Shown: positions 8,485-17,848, numbered from the stretch's first letter. The stretch: DNA of 32,000 bases from Candidatus Methylomirabilis limnetica (GCF_003044035.1 NZ_NVQC01000022.1:1-32000); one strand, 5' to 3'. The notes: generated by a model from the sequence alone, not told the origin. Made by a program: numbers and translations.

Positions 8485-8991
8485 ATGGGCGCTCACGATC
8501 ACCATACAGAGGCAAAGAAGGTTGGGCCGATCCGATACGTCAGGCTCAGTATCACCGATAGTCGCAAGTCGGAAGACGACCACTCAGGTCGGCTCATTGA
8601 ATCGCTGCTGAATGAGGCCGGGCATTACCAGGTCGCCTCGATGATCTTGAAGAATGATCCTAAAGGCCTGAGGGAGGTCATCAAGAAGCTGTGTGAAGAG
8701 GAGGTCGATCTGATCGTCATGACCGGTGGGACCGGGCTCAGTAAGAAGGATCAAACGATTGAAGCTATTAGTCCTTTACTGGACAAGGTGCTACCCGGTT
8801 TTGGCGAGCTGTTTCGAAGCCTGAGCTTCCACGAGGTCGGAAGCGCCGCCTTGATGAGCCGCGCCCTGTGCGGGACGGCAAAAGGAAAGGTGATTATAGC
8901 CCTCCCGGGATCAGTGGACGCAGTCCGTCTCGCCATGACGAAGCTCCTGATACCGGAGGTACAACACCTCGTCTGGGAGGCGTCTCGGTGA
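8485..8991 (+). CDS. moaB: molybdenum cofactor biosynthesis protein B (MoaB/MogA family)
   Basis: VRLSITDSRKSEDDHSG, DLIVMTGGTGLSKKDQT, PGFGELFR and ALPGSVDAV. The start is taken at ATG 8485, although the ORF is open from 8383. Confidence 0.85.
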   Translation: MGAHDHHTEAKKVGPIRYVRLSITDSRKSEDDHSGRLIESLLNEAGHYQVASMILKNDPKGLREVIKKLCEEEVDLIVMTGGTGLSKKDQTIEAISPLLDKVLPGFGELFRSLSFHEVGSAALMSRALCGTAKGKVIIALPGSVDAVRLAMTKLLIPEVQHLVWEASR

Positions 8992-9011
8992 GACGGGTGA
9001 AGGAGTAAGAC

Positions 9012-9209
9012 ATGGCGGAGCGGGAACGAAAGCAAAAGCGCGAGGCCGGCGATGCCTCACCTGAGGCGGCCGAGCCGAATCCCGAGACCGTACAAAAAGG
9101 GAAGAAGCTCAAGGAGGATCTTGACAAGCTCATGGATGAGATCGACGAGGTCCTTGAGGAGAACGCTGAGGAGTTCGTAAAAAGCTACGTCCAGCGCGGC
9201 GGAGAATAA
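9012..9209 (+). CDS. pup: prokaryotic ubiquitin-like protein Pup, C-terminal GGE
   Basis: 65 aa with a disordered N-terminus, then LKEDLDKLMDEIDEVLEENAEEFVKSYVQRGGE. This matches the actinobacterial Pup C-terminal helix (LLDEIDxVLEENAExFVxxYVQKGGQ). GAAGGAG lies 7 nt upstream of the ATG. Confidence 0.9.
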   Translation: MAERERKQKREAGDASPEAAEPNPETVQKGKKLKEDLDKLMDEIDEVLEENAEEFVKSYVQRGGE

Positions 9210-9230
9210 CCCTGCAGGGTGGAGTCACGT

Positions 9231-9437
9231 ATGCCTATCTACGAGTATCGTTGTACGAACTGCAGTCAGGTATTCGAAAAACTCGTCTTAGATCGCGATG
9301 CCTCAATAGAATGTCCACGCTGCCCAGGGGCGGCTGTAGAAAAGCAGTTTTCGGCCTTTAGCTTTAAAGGCGAGCGCAAGGTCATTGGCTCTGGTACCCT
9401 GGGTAGCGCGGGATCGAGTTGTGCGCCAAGCGGGTGA
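9231..9437 (+). CDS. FmdB-family zinc-ribbon protein (CxxC...CxxC)
   Basis: MPIYEYRCTNCSQVFE...IECPRCPG, with a Gly/Ser-rich tail. Confidence 0.85.
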   Translation: MPIYEYRCTNCSQVFEKLVLDRDASIECPRCPGAAVEKQFSAFSFKGERKVIGSGTLGSAGSSCAPSG

Positions 9438-9485
9438 GGGAGCTGTGCCAACTGACCTCGGCGTGCCCGAGGTAAGGCTGTACTA

Positions 9486-10304
9486 ATGGCAACCAACCCC
9501 GTCCGAGGGATATACGTATCAGATCACTCCTCCACCGGTCCCATCCGCACCCTCCTCCGGTTTCGGGAGCTACTCCGCCAGCTCGTCATTCGGGAAATCA
9601 AACTTCGCTATAAGCGGTCAGCGCTTGGGTTCGCCTGGACCGTGTTGAATCCCCTCCTCGCTATGGTCATCTTTACGATGGTCTTTTCCAGGTTATTCGG
9701 CAACCAGCCGCACTATCCGCTCTATGTGCTCACCGGCCTGCTGGGGTGGAACCTCTTCTCTCTGGGAACCTCCAGGGGCCTGGACAGCGTCGTCCTCAAC
9801 GGTTATATCATCCGAAAGGTCTTTGTTCCCAAAGCGATCTTCCCGGTCGCGGCCGTTGTTTCGCAGATCGTGAACTTTGTCTTTACGCTGGTCCCACTCT
9901 TTGTCTTGATGATGGCTCTTGGAGCGAGTTTCAGTCTGAACCTCCTGTGGCTGCCGGTCCCCCTTTTGAGCCTGACCTGTTTTGCCTTAGGCATTGCCTT
10001 ACTCCTGGGAACCTTCAATGTCTTCTTCCGGGACGTGAAGTACTTCTACGAGGCAGGGCTGCTAGCGTGGTTCTACGCCACCCCGATCTTCTATCCTGCG
10101 GAGATCATCCCAGATAAGTTCAAGCTCCTACTCCACCTCAATCCTATGTACGGTCTTCTGGAATCTCTCCGAGCTCCCATTTACATGGGAACAGCGCCGG
10201 CAGCGATCGCGCTGGTCTCCGGGCTCGCGCTCTCGCTGGCAATCCTCGCCGTCGGATGGATCGTCTTTCACCGATTCGAATCTCGATTCATCCATTATGT
10301 CTGA
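9486..10304 (+). CDS. ABC-2 type transporter permease (Wzm/TagG-like polymer exporter)
   Basis: N-terminal RELLRQLVIREIKLRYKRSALGFAWTVLNPLL motif and about 6 predicted TM segments. Confidence 0.85.
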   Translation: MATNPVRGIYVSDHSSTGPIRTLLRFRELLRQLVIREIKLRYKRSALGFAWTVLNPLLAMVIFTMVFSRLFGNQPHYPLYVLTGLLGWNLFSLGTSRGLDSVVLNGYIIRKVFVPKAIFPVAAVVSQIVNFVFTLVPLFVLMMALGASFSLNLLWLPVPLLSLTCFALGIALLLGTFNVFFRDVKYFYEAGLLAWFYATPIFYPAEIIPDKFKLLLHLNPMYGLLESLRAPIYMGTAPAAIALVSGLALSLAILAVGWIVFHRFESRFIHYV

Positions 10305-11148
10305 AGGACGAGTAAGCGGCTCAGTGTCTCAACTCGTTCAGACTTCCGAGGCAGTCGAGGTCCTTCAGACTTCAGCCCCAGTATCTCCACGAGGACGTTT
10401 GCCGGTCCTGGCGGTTGAAGATCTATCCATTCGTCTGCTATTGCATCGAGAGCGAATTCGGTCAATACGGGAGTACGTCATTCAGATGGTGAAAGGGCGT
10501 AAGAGCGAACGGGATGAGTTCTGGCCCCTTCGAGCGATCTCCTTTACAGTCCACTCAGGAGAGATTTTCGGTGTCATCGGGGCGAACGGGGCAGGAAAGA
10601 GTACGCTCCTGAAGGTGATCGCCGGCATCATCCCGCCCTCTGCTGGAAGTGTCGTAGTACGGGGACGGATCGCCCCCCTCATCGAACTAGGGGCCGGGTT
10701 CGACCCGTATCTGACCGGGCGAGAGAACATCTTCCTCTATGGATCCCTTCTGGGGTTTTCGCAGAAAGAGCTGGAAAGGCGATTTACCGGTATCGTCGAG
10801 TTCGCGGAGCTGGAGGAGTTTATCGATGTCCCCTTGATGAACTATTCGTCCGGGATGTCTGCACGCCTCGGGTTTGCGATTGCCACCGATGCGGAGCCGG
10901 ACCTCCTGCTGATCGACGAGCTGTTCTCGGTGGGGGACGCCGCCTTCAAGAAGAAGTGCGAGGCACGCATGGAAACGTTCAAGGCCAAAGGCGCCACGAT
11001 CCTGCTGGTCTCCCACGATCTCAAGCTGATCCAGGATACCTGCCATAGAGCCCTTTGCTTACATCATGGACAAGCCATCGCCGTCGGCCCAACCGACAAG
11101 GTCGTGGCCGAATACAACAAGCGCAGCGCCCCGTCATCCCCAGGCTAG
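10297..11148 (+). CDS. ABC transporter ATP-binding protein (Wzt/TagH-like), no C-terminal glycan-binding domain
   Basis: Walker A GANGAGKST, signature YSSGMSARL, Walker B LLLIDE and H-loop VSHD. The start overlaps the permease stop by 8 nt. Confidence 0.88.
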   Translation: MSEGRVSGSVSQLVQTSEAVEVLQTSAPVSPRGRLPVLAVEDLSIRLLLHRERIRSIREYVIQMVKGRKSERDEFWPLRAISFTVHSGEIFGVIGANGAGKSTLLKVIAGIIPPSAGSVVVRGRIAPLIELGAGFDPYLTGRENIFLYGSLLGFSQKELERRFTGIVEFAELEEFIDVPLMNYSSGMSARLGFAIATDAEPDLLLIDELFSVGDAAFKKKCEARMETFKAKGATILLVSHDLKLIQDTCHRALCLHHGQAIAVGPTDKVVAEYNKRSAPSSPG

Positions 11149-11175
11149 CGACGATGCATGGTGTATCGCTTACCA

Positions 11176-11380
11176 AATGAACTACCCCGCGGCAAGCTGC
11201 GGGGTAGCGTCTTCTGTTCTGGCCCGTCATTTCGTGCGTGACACGCCTGCCCCGTACTTGATACGGGGCCTGTCCCGTACTGGATACGGGAGAATCCAGT
11301 CGGGCCCGCTGGATACCGGCTTCCGCCGGTATGACGAACTCGCGGCAAGCCGCAGGGTATCGACCATCGACGAGAATGAA
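11176..11380. repeat. MITE/REP-like multi-hairpin element, copy B (inverted relative to copy A)
   Basis: Reverse-complement match to 739-930. It carries one extra hairpin (TCCCGTACTGGATACGGGA) and a ~17-nt insertion. It lies between convergent genes. Confidence 0.8.
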
Positions 11381-11563
11381 GGACGGTTCTATCGCACCCC
11401 ATCGAGATCTATCTCGGGTTATCACCCCGGCTCAGCCTCTCTACTCTCACCTTAACCAACCCCTATGCTTGTCTTGACAGTGGAGCGCGCCTCAGTCGAT
11501 CGTAAGAATGGGTCCTTCGGCAATGGAGCAGTTCAGCATGCATGACCTCCTCACTGCCGTACC

Positions 11564-11956
11564 TCATTTGATGGCCAGCTTGCCCTTGTGGTCGAGTGGG
11601 GTGATCAGCGGAAACCTAGTGCAGCCGAAGTCGAAGACCCCTGAACGCTCTGCCAGAAACTCAACGGTTGTTTCTTGACCCGGATCGAGATAGCGTCTGA
11701 TCTCTAAATCGGGGATAGAAAAGACGTGTCTGGCACCGTCGCTCCAGATACTCACCTTGACCAGCACCGATCTCCCTTCCCGGTCTACCACGATAACGGA
11801 GGGCTCACAGCGGTAGTTGCGGGCGATCATCGTGAAGGAAAGCCGCTTCGCTTCGGCGGGGGCCCCGGCTGAAGAGACGATCTCAGGAAAAAGCCCTGCG
11901 CAGCCCGTCAGGACCATGACGGAAGACGTCAATGACCAGATCCAGAATCGCTGCAT
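11564..11956 (-). CDS. lipoprotein, tentatively cupredoxin-like fold
   Basis: Lipobox VLTGC. The C-terminal GVFDFGCTRFP...LDHKGKLAIK resembles cupredoxin_1-type metal-site spacing. The family call is weak. Confidence 0.55.
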   Translation of the reverse strand: MQRFWIWSLTSSVMVLTGCAGLFPEIVSSAGAPAEAKRLSFTMIARNYRCEPSVIVVDREGRSVLVKVSIWSDGARHVFSIPDLEIRRYLDPGQETTVEFLAERSGVFDFGCTRFPLITPLDHKGKLAIK

Positions 11957-12122
11957 GAGCTTACTGATTTTTGAGCCTCCCTGCGCTTCGTATCCTGATG
12001 TCGCACATTACCACAGGACTGTAGAAGTTTTCAAGTACGGTTGTCGAACAATACTTCCCAAAATCTGGAAAGGCCCCTATGATAAGGCTGTCTTATCGAA
12101 AACCCTTTCTCTCGGAATCACT

Positions 12123-13505
12123 ATGGCAAAAACAAAGATCTTAATCGCAGAGGACGAACCTGCCTCCAGAGCGGGGCTCCAGGAGCTTCTCACCAGTTGG
12201 GGTTACACGGTCACTGCCGCTGCTAACGGTCAGGAGGCTCTGGAGAAGGCGGCCGAGTTGCAGCCCTCTCTCATCATCGCTGATCTCGTCATGCCAAAGA
12301 TGGACGGCCTCACGCTGCTGCGAACTCTCAAGAATGACGCTACCCTCCCCTCCCTGATCATTTTGACCGGCCAGGGGACCATCGAGACTGCGGTCCAGGC
12401 GATGCAAGAAGGGGCCTACGACTACCTCACCAAGCCGGTCGATGTCGGGCGACTCCGCGTCCTTGTAGAGAAAGCGCTCGAGCGTGGAGCTGTGCTGAAG
12501 GAGGTCAAGCTGCTGCGCCACCAGGTCCGTCACCTGGGCCGGTTCGGCCGACTGATTGGCAATACGCGTGCTATGCAGGAGGTCTACCGACTACTTGAAT
12601 TGTCGGCGCCTAGCACTGCGCCGGTCTTCATCTGGGGGGAAAGCGGAACCGGAAAGGAGTTGGCGGCCAGGACGATTCACGACCTCTCCCCACGGAAGCA
12701 AAGCCCCTTCGTCCCGATCAACTGCGCCGCTATTCCGGAAACGCTGCTGGAGAGCGAAGTCTTCGGTCACGAGAAAGGAGCGTTTACCGGCGCTACCGAG
12801 CGGAGAATGGGATGCTTTGAGCTGGCGGATGGCGGGACCATCTTTCTTGATGAGGTCGCGGAGATGAAGGTCTCCACCCAGGCCAAGTTCCTCCGGATCC
12901 TTCAGGAGGGCAGCTTTCGGCGGCTGGGCGGAGCCAGGGAAATCCACGTGGATGTCCGGGTGGTCGCCGCAACGAATAAGGATCCGGCGCAAACTGTCCA
13001 GGATGGATTGCTCCGCGAGGATCTCTACTATCGGCTGAACGTGTTCAGTGTCCACCTCCCACCCCTGCGGGAGCGGCGCGAGGACCTCTCACTCCTCATC
13101 CGATCGTTTATCGAGGAGTTTAAAGAGAAATATGGTACGGCGGTGCGCAGCGTGGACGCAGAAGCGCTCGCGCTCCTAACCAGGCACGATTGGCCCGGCA
13201 ACGTCCGGGAGCTTCGGAATGTGCTGGAGCGGGCCGTCCTTGTGGCCCAGGGAAACATGATCACCTCAGCCGATCTGCCGCCGAACTTCCCCAGTCAGCG
13301 TCCTGGGCCGACCCCGGAGATCAACATCCCCGTCGGGATCACGATTGATGCGGCAGAAAAAGCCTTGATTCTCACAACGCTGGAACGCACGAACCAGAAC
13401 AAGACCCGGGCTGCGGAGATCCTTGGGGTCAGCCTGAAGACGCTGCACAACAAGTTAGCCCGCTATCGGGAAGAAGCCTCCACTTTGGCTAACGCCCAGG
13501 AATAA
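12123..13505 (+). CDS. sigma-54-dependent response regulator (NtrC family: receiver + AAA+ + Fis HTH)
   Basis: Receiver ILIAEDE...IIADLVMPKMDG...KP. AAA+ domain GESGTGKELAARTIH, GAFTGA and WPGNVRELRNV. HTH RAAEILGVSLKTLHNKL. Confidence 0.92.
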   Translation: MAKTKILIAEDEPASRAGLQELLTSWGYTVTAAANGQEALEKAAELQPSLIIADLVMPKMDGLTLLRTLKNDATLPSLIILTGQGTIETAVQAMQEGAYDYLTKPVDVGRLRVLVEKALERGAVLKEVKLLRHQVRHLGRFGRLIGNTRAMQEVYRLLELSAPSTAPVFIWGESGTGKELAARTIHDLSPRKQSPFVPINCAAIPETLLESEVFGHEKGAFTGATERRMGCFELADGGTIFLDEVAEMKVSTQAKFLRILQEGSFRRLGGAREIHVDVRVVAATNKDPAQTVQDGLLREDLYYRLNVFSVHLPPLRERREDLSLLIRSFIEEFKEKYGTAVRSVDAEALALLTRHDWPGNVRELRNVLERAVLVAQGNMITSADLPPNFPSQRPGPTPEINIPVGITIDAAEKALILTTLERTNQNKTRAAEILGVSLKTLHNKLARYREEASTLANAQE

Positions 13506-13511
13506 GTCCAC

Positions 13512-15317
13512 ATGACACTCGGCATCCGAGGCAAGGAAATCCTCGGCATCAGTCTTCTGGTCTTCCTGATCGTCTCGCTCGCGTTAGTTGTTCACATTTC
13601 GACTACTACCCGCCTGGTCGTTCAGCATGCGGCGGAAAAGGGCAAACTGCAGGCTCAGCAGATCTTCTCCGGCAGCACTCGGGTGATGGCTCGTGCACGG
13701 GGGAGCCGTCCAGAGGTTGCTCTGCGACATGACCAAGAGCTCCGCGCGCTTCTCGATGCCAGCATCGGCTATTCCCCGCACCTGGTATATGCCATGATCA
13801 CTGATCGCTCGGATACAGTCCTCATGCACAGCCAGCGTTCCCACGAAGGGCACAAGGCCCCATCCCGGACGAAGATCGAACAGTTGCAGGAGATGAACCC
13901 TCTTCGTCAGCTCCTGGCGCTAGCCCGCCAGCGCCAGGTATTTGAGACGACGCTGCCTCTCAGCCTCAACGACCGGCCCTTCGGGGCGATCCGACTCGGG
14001 CTGGCTGGAAGCCTCCTGTGGAACGAACTCTCACCCGCCATCTGGGGGAGCCTGCTACTGGCGCTGTTCACCTTCCCGCTGGCCTGGGCCGTGGCCTTTG
14101 GCCTCTCCAGCCTTGTCCTGGTGCCGTTGCGCCAGATTGCCCAAGGCGTTGACCGGATGGCGCGCGGCGAGTTCGACACGCCAGTCGCGTTTGATCGTCA
14201 TGATGAAGTCGGGGAGATTGCCGAAAAACTCAACCTCCTGGGACGCCAGCTCCAGGAGGACCGGTCCTCCCTGATGAGTGAAAAGACCAGGCTGGAAGGG
14301 ATCGTGCATTGCCTCGAAGACGCCATCATTCTGCTGAACAGAGAGCAGGCGGTCATCTTCGCCAATCCGGTGGCCGAGGCCCTGCTGGCCTGCCCCCTCA
14401 TGAATGCTGTCGGTCAATCGTTGGGGCATATCCTGGGGGAGGCTCACCCCTTAGCCGAGGCAGTGGGCGAAGTCTTCCTGCGCCAACAGCCGGTAAGAAA
14501 CCTTGCGCTTACGGTGCCGGGCGACCGCGACACACCCCTTGATATCCTGGCCTCCGCCTACCCAATCCTGGACAAGAACGGTGTGGTCGGGGGAATGATC
14601 CTCTTAAAAAACACCGAACCGCTCCGACAGATCCAGTCGCTCGTGGACTATTCTCGAAAGCTAGCCGACCTTGGGAAGCTCACCTCGGGTGTTGCCCACG
14701 AAGTCAAAAATCCACTGAACGCCATGATCATTCATCTCGAGCTGTTAAAACAGAAGCTCAACCGCCCTACGGAGGATGTAGCTCGAAGCCTGGACGTGCT
14801 GGGGAAAGAGATTTATCGCCTCGACCGTGTGGTGCAGGGCTTTCTTCGTTTTGTCCGTCCTCAGACCCTTGAGCTTCGCCCTCTGGACCCGAACAAGCTA
14901 CTGCAGGAGGTCGCCCAGTTGACCGAAGCACAAGGAACGTCTCGGGGGATCGCGTTCAGCTTTTGTCTTGATGAGGAGATTCCTCCGATCAACGCCGATC
15001 ATGAGTTACTTCGGCAGGCCTTCCTCAACCTAGTCCTGAATGCCTGTCAGGCTATGCCAGACGGAGGAACGGTAACCCTTACGACAGACCGGACCGCTGA
15101 GGGCAGGATCTGTGCCCACGTAATCGATCAGGGGGTAGGCATCCCTCCTGAGGACCTCGACAAGATCTTCCGTCTCTATTATACTACCAAGACGGATGGA
15201 AATGGGATCGGGCTTTCGTTGGTCTACCGGATCGTTCAGATGCACGGTGGGACTATCGAGGTGGACTCGAAGATGGGGCAAGGGACCACGATGACGGTCA
15301 GCTTTCCTACCTCTTAG
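13512..15317 (+). CDS. sensor histidine kinase (TM-periplasmic/TM-HAMP-PAS-HisKA-HATPase)
   Basis: Two hydrophobic segments. H-box SGVAHEVKNPLN. N box LNLVLNACQAM. G boxes DQGVGI and GNGIGLS. Confidence 0.9.
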   Translation: MTLGIRGKEILGISLLVFLIVSLALVVHISTTTRLVVQHAAEKGKLQAQQIFSGSTRVMARARGSRPEVALRHDQELRALLDASIGYSPHLVYAMITDRSDTVLMHSQRSHEGHKAPSRTKIEQLQEMNPLRQLLALARQRQVFETTLPLSLNDRPFGAIRLGLAGSLLWNELSPAIWGSLLLALFTFPLAWAVAFGLSSLVLVPLRQIAQGVDRMARGEFDTPVAFDRHDEVGEIAEKLNLLGRQLQEDRSSLMSEKTRLEGIVHCLEDAIILLNREQAVIFANPVAEALLACPLMNAVGQSLGHILGEAHPLAEAVGEVFLRQQPVRNLALTVPGDRDTPLDILASAYPILDKNGVVGGMILLKNTEPLRQIQSLVDYSRKLADLGKLTSGVAHEVKNPLNAMIIHLELLKQKLNRPTEDVARSLDVLGKEIYRLDRVVQGFLRFVRPQTLELRPLDPNKLLQEVAQLTEAQGTSRGIAFSFCLDEEIPPINADHELLRQAFLNLVLNACQAMPDGGTVTLTTDRTAEGRICAHVIDQGVGIPPEDLDKIFRLYYTTKTDGNGIGLSLVYRIVQMHGGTIEVDSKMGQGTTMTVSFPTS

Positions 15318-15341
15318 CTTGGAGCAAAGGGTTTAGCAATA

Positions 15342-15737
15342 ATGGCCTCACAGATGATCGTCACATTGCTGAGCCTTTTTCTGACGGCTGGGTGCGCCCA
15401 GATTCAAGCGGTATTCACGCCAACGCCTCCGCCACACGTCCCCGCACGCCCCGCACGCCAGGAGCCACCAACACCACGCTTATCCCCCCAGGTAAGCTCT
15501 GACCGTGAGACGCAACTGACGGAGGAGGTCAATACCATGAGCCGGGGAGTCGAGCGGACTTTGCTGTCGATCGACCGTCAGAAGCTGAAGGCCGACCAAT
15601 GGGAAACCTACCAAACCATTCACAGCTTTCTTACGCAGGCCAGAGAGGCGCTTACGAGCAAGGACTTCCAACAGGCCACGAATTTGGTCCAAAAGGCGCG
15701 AGTTCTGTCTAGCGAGCTTTCCAAGGCCGTTCGTTGA
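15342..15737 (+). CDS. lipoprotein with Pro/Thr-rich linker and helical C-terminal domain, unknown function
   Basis: Lipobox LTAGC, then a PTPPPHVPARPARQEPPTP linker. It lies 24 nt after the kinase stop. Confidence 0.65.
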   Translation: MASQMIVTLLSLFLTAGCAQIQAVFTPTPPPHVPARPARQEPPTPRLSPQVSSDRETQLTEEVNTMSRGVERTLLSIDRQKLKADQWETYQTIHSFLTQAREALTSKDFQQATNLVQKARVLSSELSKAVR

Positions 15738-15975
15738 CGAGTAATAATTACCCCCCCTCGTACTGACCTGGTAAGCGCCCCTTTCAGGCACGCGATCCTT
15801 TAGAATTCAGGTTATTCAGCGCTTCACCGTCCCATCCCCAGAGAAAACTTTACTCGCCAACTCCCCAGCTCTGACCTCCCGCCGGAAACGATTGAGGCTA
15901 TCGGACGTCGCACGCCATAGTGTAAGTCGCTATGTTTAAAGGGGGTAAACGTTTATGTAGTCGAGCCCAGATTAA

Positions 15976-15991
15976 TGGCATGCCACTTGCC
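15976..15991 (+). promoter_or_regulatory. sigma-54 (-24/-12) promoter
   Basis: TGGCAT-GCCAC-TTGCC matches TGGCAC-N5-TTGCW with the correct GG-N10-GC spacing. It lies about 30 nt upstream of ATG 16022. Confidence 0.7.
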
Positions 15992-16021
15992 CTTCCTATT
16001 GAAAGAGAGGAGGAGGGGACA

Positions 16022-16408
16022 ATGAGCGCGCAACGGTTGAACGATGCAAGGCAGAAGATCCTAGTCGTAGATGACGATTGTACGCTGCGGGAATTGTTAG
16101 CAGACTATCTTGAGAGGGTGGGCTTCGAGGTGCGAACAGCACCAGACGGTCGCGCTGGGCTGGACGCCTTGGACGGGTGCCACTTCGACCTCATCCTAAC
16201 GGACTACCGAATGTCTGCAATGACTGGCATCGAGATGGCTGCGGTGATCCGCAGGTCCGATACAGTTACACCTATCATCCTGATCACAGGCGACTTCTAC
16301 GAGCTTAACGCTGAGATCGTGGCGCAAGCCGGGATTACAAGGATGCTGCCAAAGCCTCTCAAGCTTAACGAGCTCTTAACATGTGTTCAAACAGCAAAGT
16401 CAACATAG
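16022..16408 (+). CDS. single-domain response regulator receiver (CheY-like)
   Basis: ILVVDDD, DLILTDYRMSAMTG, ILITG and LPKPL. GGAGGAGGGG lies just upstream. Confidence 0.88.
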   Translation: MSAQRLNDARQKILVVDDDCTLRELLADYLERVGFEVRTAPDGRAGLDALDGCHFDLILTDYRMSAMTGIEMAAVIRRSDTVTPIILITGDFYELNAEIVAQAGITRMLPKPLKLNELLTCVQTAKST

Positions 16409-16454
16409 CAAGGTAAATGCTATCTCGACAACTCGACAAAAGGAGACAAGCCAG

Positions 16455-16694
16455 ATGAGCAGAGCAATGTCCAAACGGATCGCGTTAGGGGTGCTCGTGC
16501 TCGGGTTAACCACGGGGTGCGCCGGGATGTCGACGCGTCAGCAGCGTGCCTTGAGCGGAGGCGCCATTGGCGCGGCCGGTGGGGCTGTCGTAGGCGTCAT
16601 GGCCGGTAGTCCGGCTACCGGCGCCATTGTGGGCGGAGCGATAGGAACGGCTACAGGCGCCATGTGGGATGATATCAAGAAATCGCTGAAGTGA
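16455..16694 (+). CDS. glycine-zipper lipoprotein (YMGG/OsmB-like)
   Basis: Lipobox LTTGC. Glycine-zipper run GGAIGAAGGAVVGVMAGSPATGAIVGGAIGTATG. AAGGAG Shine-Dalgarno is present. Confidence 0.8.
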   Translation: MSRAMSKRIALGVLVLGLTTGCAGMSTRQQRALSGGAIGAAGGAVVGVMAGSPATGAIVGGAIGTATGAMWDDIKKSLK

Positions 16695-16752
16695 GCATCG
16701 GGCACTGACTTCAAGTACTGGCCCCATCACCCCACTGCTCATTCGGTTTCTA

Positions 16753-16804
16753 CGGCCTCTCCGATTTGACTCCCCTTCCCGAGTCGGAGAGGCCGTCTTT
16801 TTTC
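16753..16804 (+). terminator. Rho-independent terminator
   Basis: A 12-bp stem, CGGCCTCTCCGA (16753-16764) pairing with TCGGAGAGGCCG (16784-16795), is followed by TCTTTTTT. Confidence 0.8.
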
Positions 16805-16972
16805 CTCAACTCCTCCATCCTCGTCTTGTTACTGCCAGAAAGCGGACCAATTAACTTAGCCAAGATAATAGGATTTTACAATTTGACTTATAGGATTTAA
16901 GCCGATAGTGTTAGACTCATCGTTTACCCTATTTAATGACAGACGAGAAGCCTAGCCTTCAGGAGGGTTTTC

Positions 16973-17848
16973 ATGCGCCATCGATGGATCTGTGTCTGGT
17001 TGTCAAGTTTGGTGGCTGTTGTGGCTAGCCTCGGATTGCTAAGTCCTGCCTGGTCTGAAGCGCCAAAAGAGCTGCGGGTTTCGGCTATCCCGGACGAGAA
17101 CCCGACTGAACTGATGCGGATCTATACGCCCTTCGCTGAGTATCTTAGCAAAGAACTGGGCATCCCGGTCAGATACTATCCAGTAGTGGACTACGCTGCC
17201 ACCGTCGAAGCCCTGGCGGCTAAGAAGCTGGACATGGTCTGGTACGGCGGATTTACCTTCGTCCAGGCTCGAAAGCGGACAGGCAATGCGATCCCGCTGG
17301 TGAGCCGGGAAGAGGACCTGCGCTTTCACAGTAAATTCATCACCAGGCCGGAAACCGGCATCAAGACCCTGGCCGACTTAAAGGGCAAGACCTTCTCCTT
17401 CGGAAGCGTCAGCTCGACATCAGGTCACCTCATGCCACGCTATTTCCTTCTGCAGAATGGGATAGACCCCGAAAAAGACTTCGCGAAATTCAGCTTCAGC
17501 GGGGCTCACGATGCCACCGCCCTCTGGGTAGAGAGCGGAAAAGTTGACGCCGGGGCCTTGAATGAGGCAGTGTGGGAAAAGCTCGTTCAGGCCAAAAAGG
17601 TTGACCTCAATAAGGTGCAGGTGTTCTGGACGACACCCCCCTACATCGACTATGTCTGGACCGTGCGGGGCGATCTGGACAGCAGTCTCGTAGAAAAGAT
17701 CGCCACCGCCTTCACGAAGCTCAACTATAGCAACCCAGTGGATAGAGCCCTCATGGACCTTCAGCGTACGAAGGGATACGTCCGCGTCAAGGTCGAGCAG
17801 TTCAAGCCGGCTGAAGATGCAGCGATCGCCGCTGGGCTGCTTCAGTAG
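16973..17848 (+). CDS. phnD: phosphonate/phosphite ABC transporter substrate-binding protein
   Basis: Signal peptide, then PhnD-family motifs: RVSAIPDENPTEL, YAATVEALAAKKLDMVWYGGFTFV and SSTSGHLMPRYFL. Confidence 0.85.
   Translation: MRHRWICVWLSSLVAVVASLGLLSPAWSEAPKELRVSAIPDENPTELMRIYTPFAEYLSKELGIPVRYYPVVDYAATVEALAAKKLDMVWYGGFTFVQARKRTGNAIPLVSREEDLRFHSKFITRPETGIKTLADLKGKTFSFGSVSSTSGHLMPRYFLLQNGIDPEKDFAKFSFSGAHDATALWVESGKVDAGALNEAVWEKLVQAKKVDLNKVQVFWTTPPYIDYVWTVRGDLDSSLVEKIATAFTKLNYSNPVDRALMDLQRTKGYVRVKVEQFKPAEDAAIAAGLLQ

Noticed and set aside
11957-12122. Search for a sigma-54 promoter driving the divergent cupredoxin-like lipoprotein or the regulator operon
   Set aside because: There is no GG-N10-GC match on either strand. 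Only a GATAAG-N5-CTTATC palindrome (12081-12097) of unknown meaning was seen, which is too weak to call.
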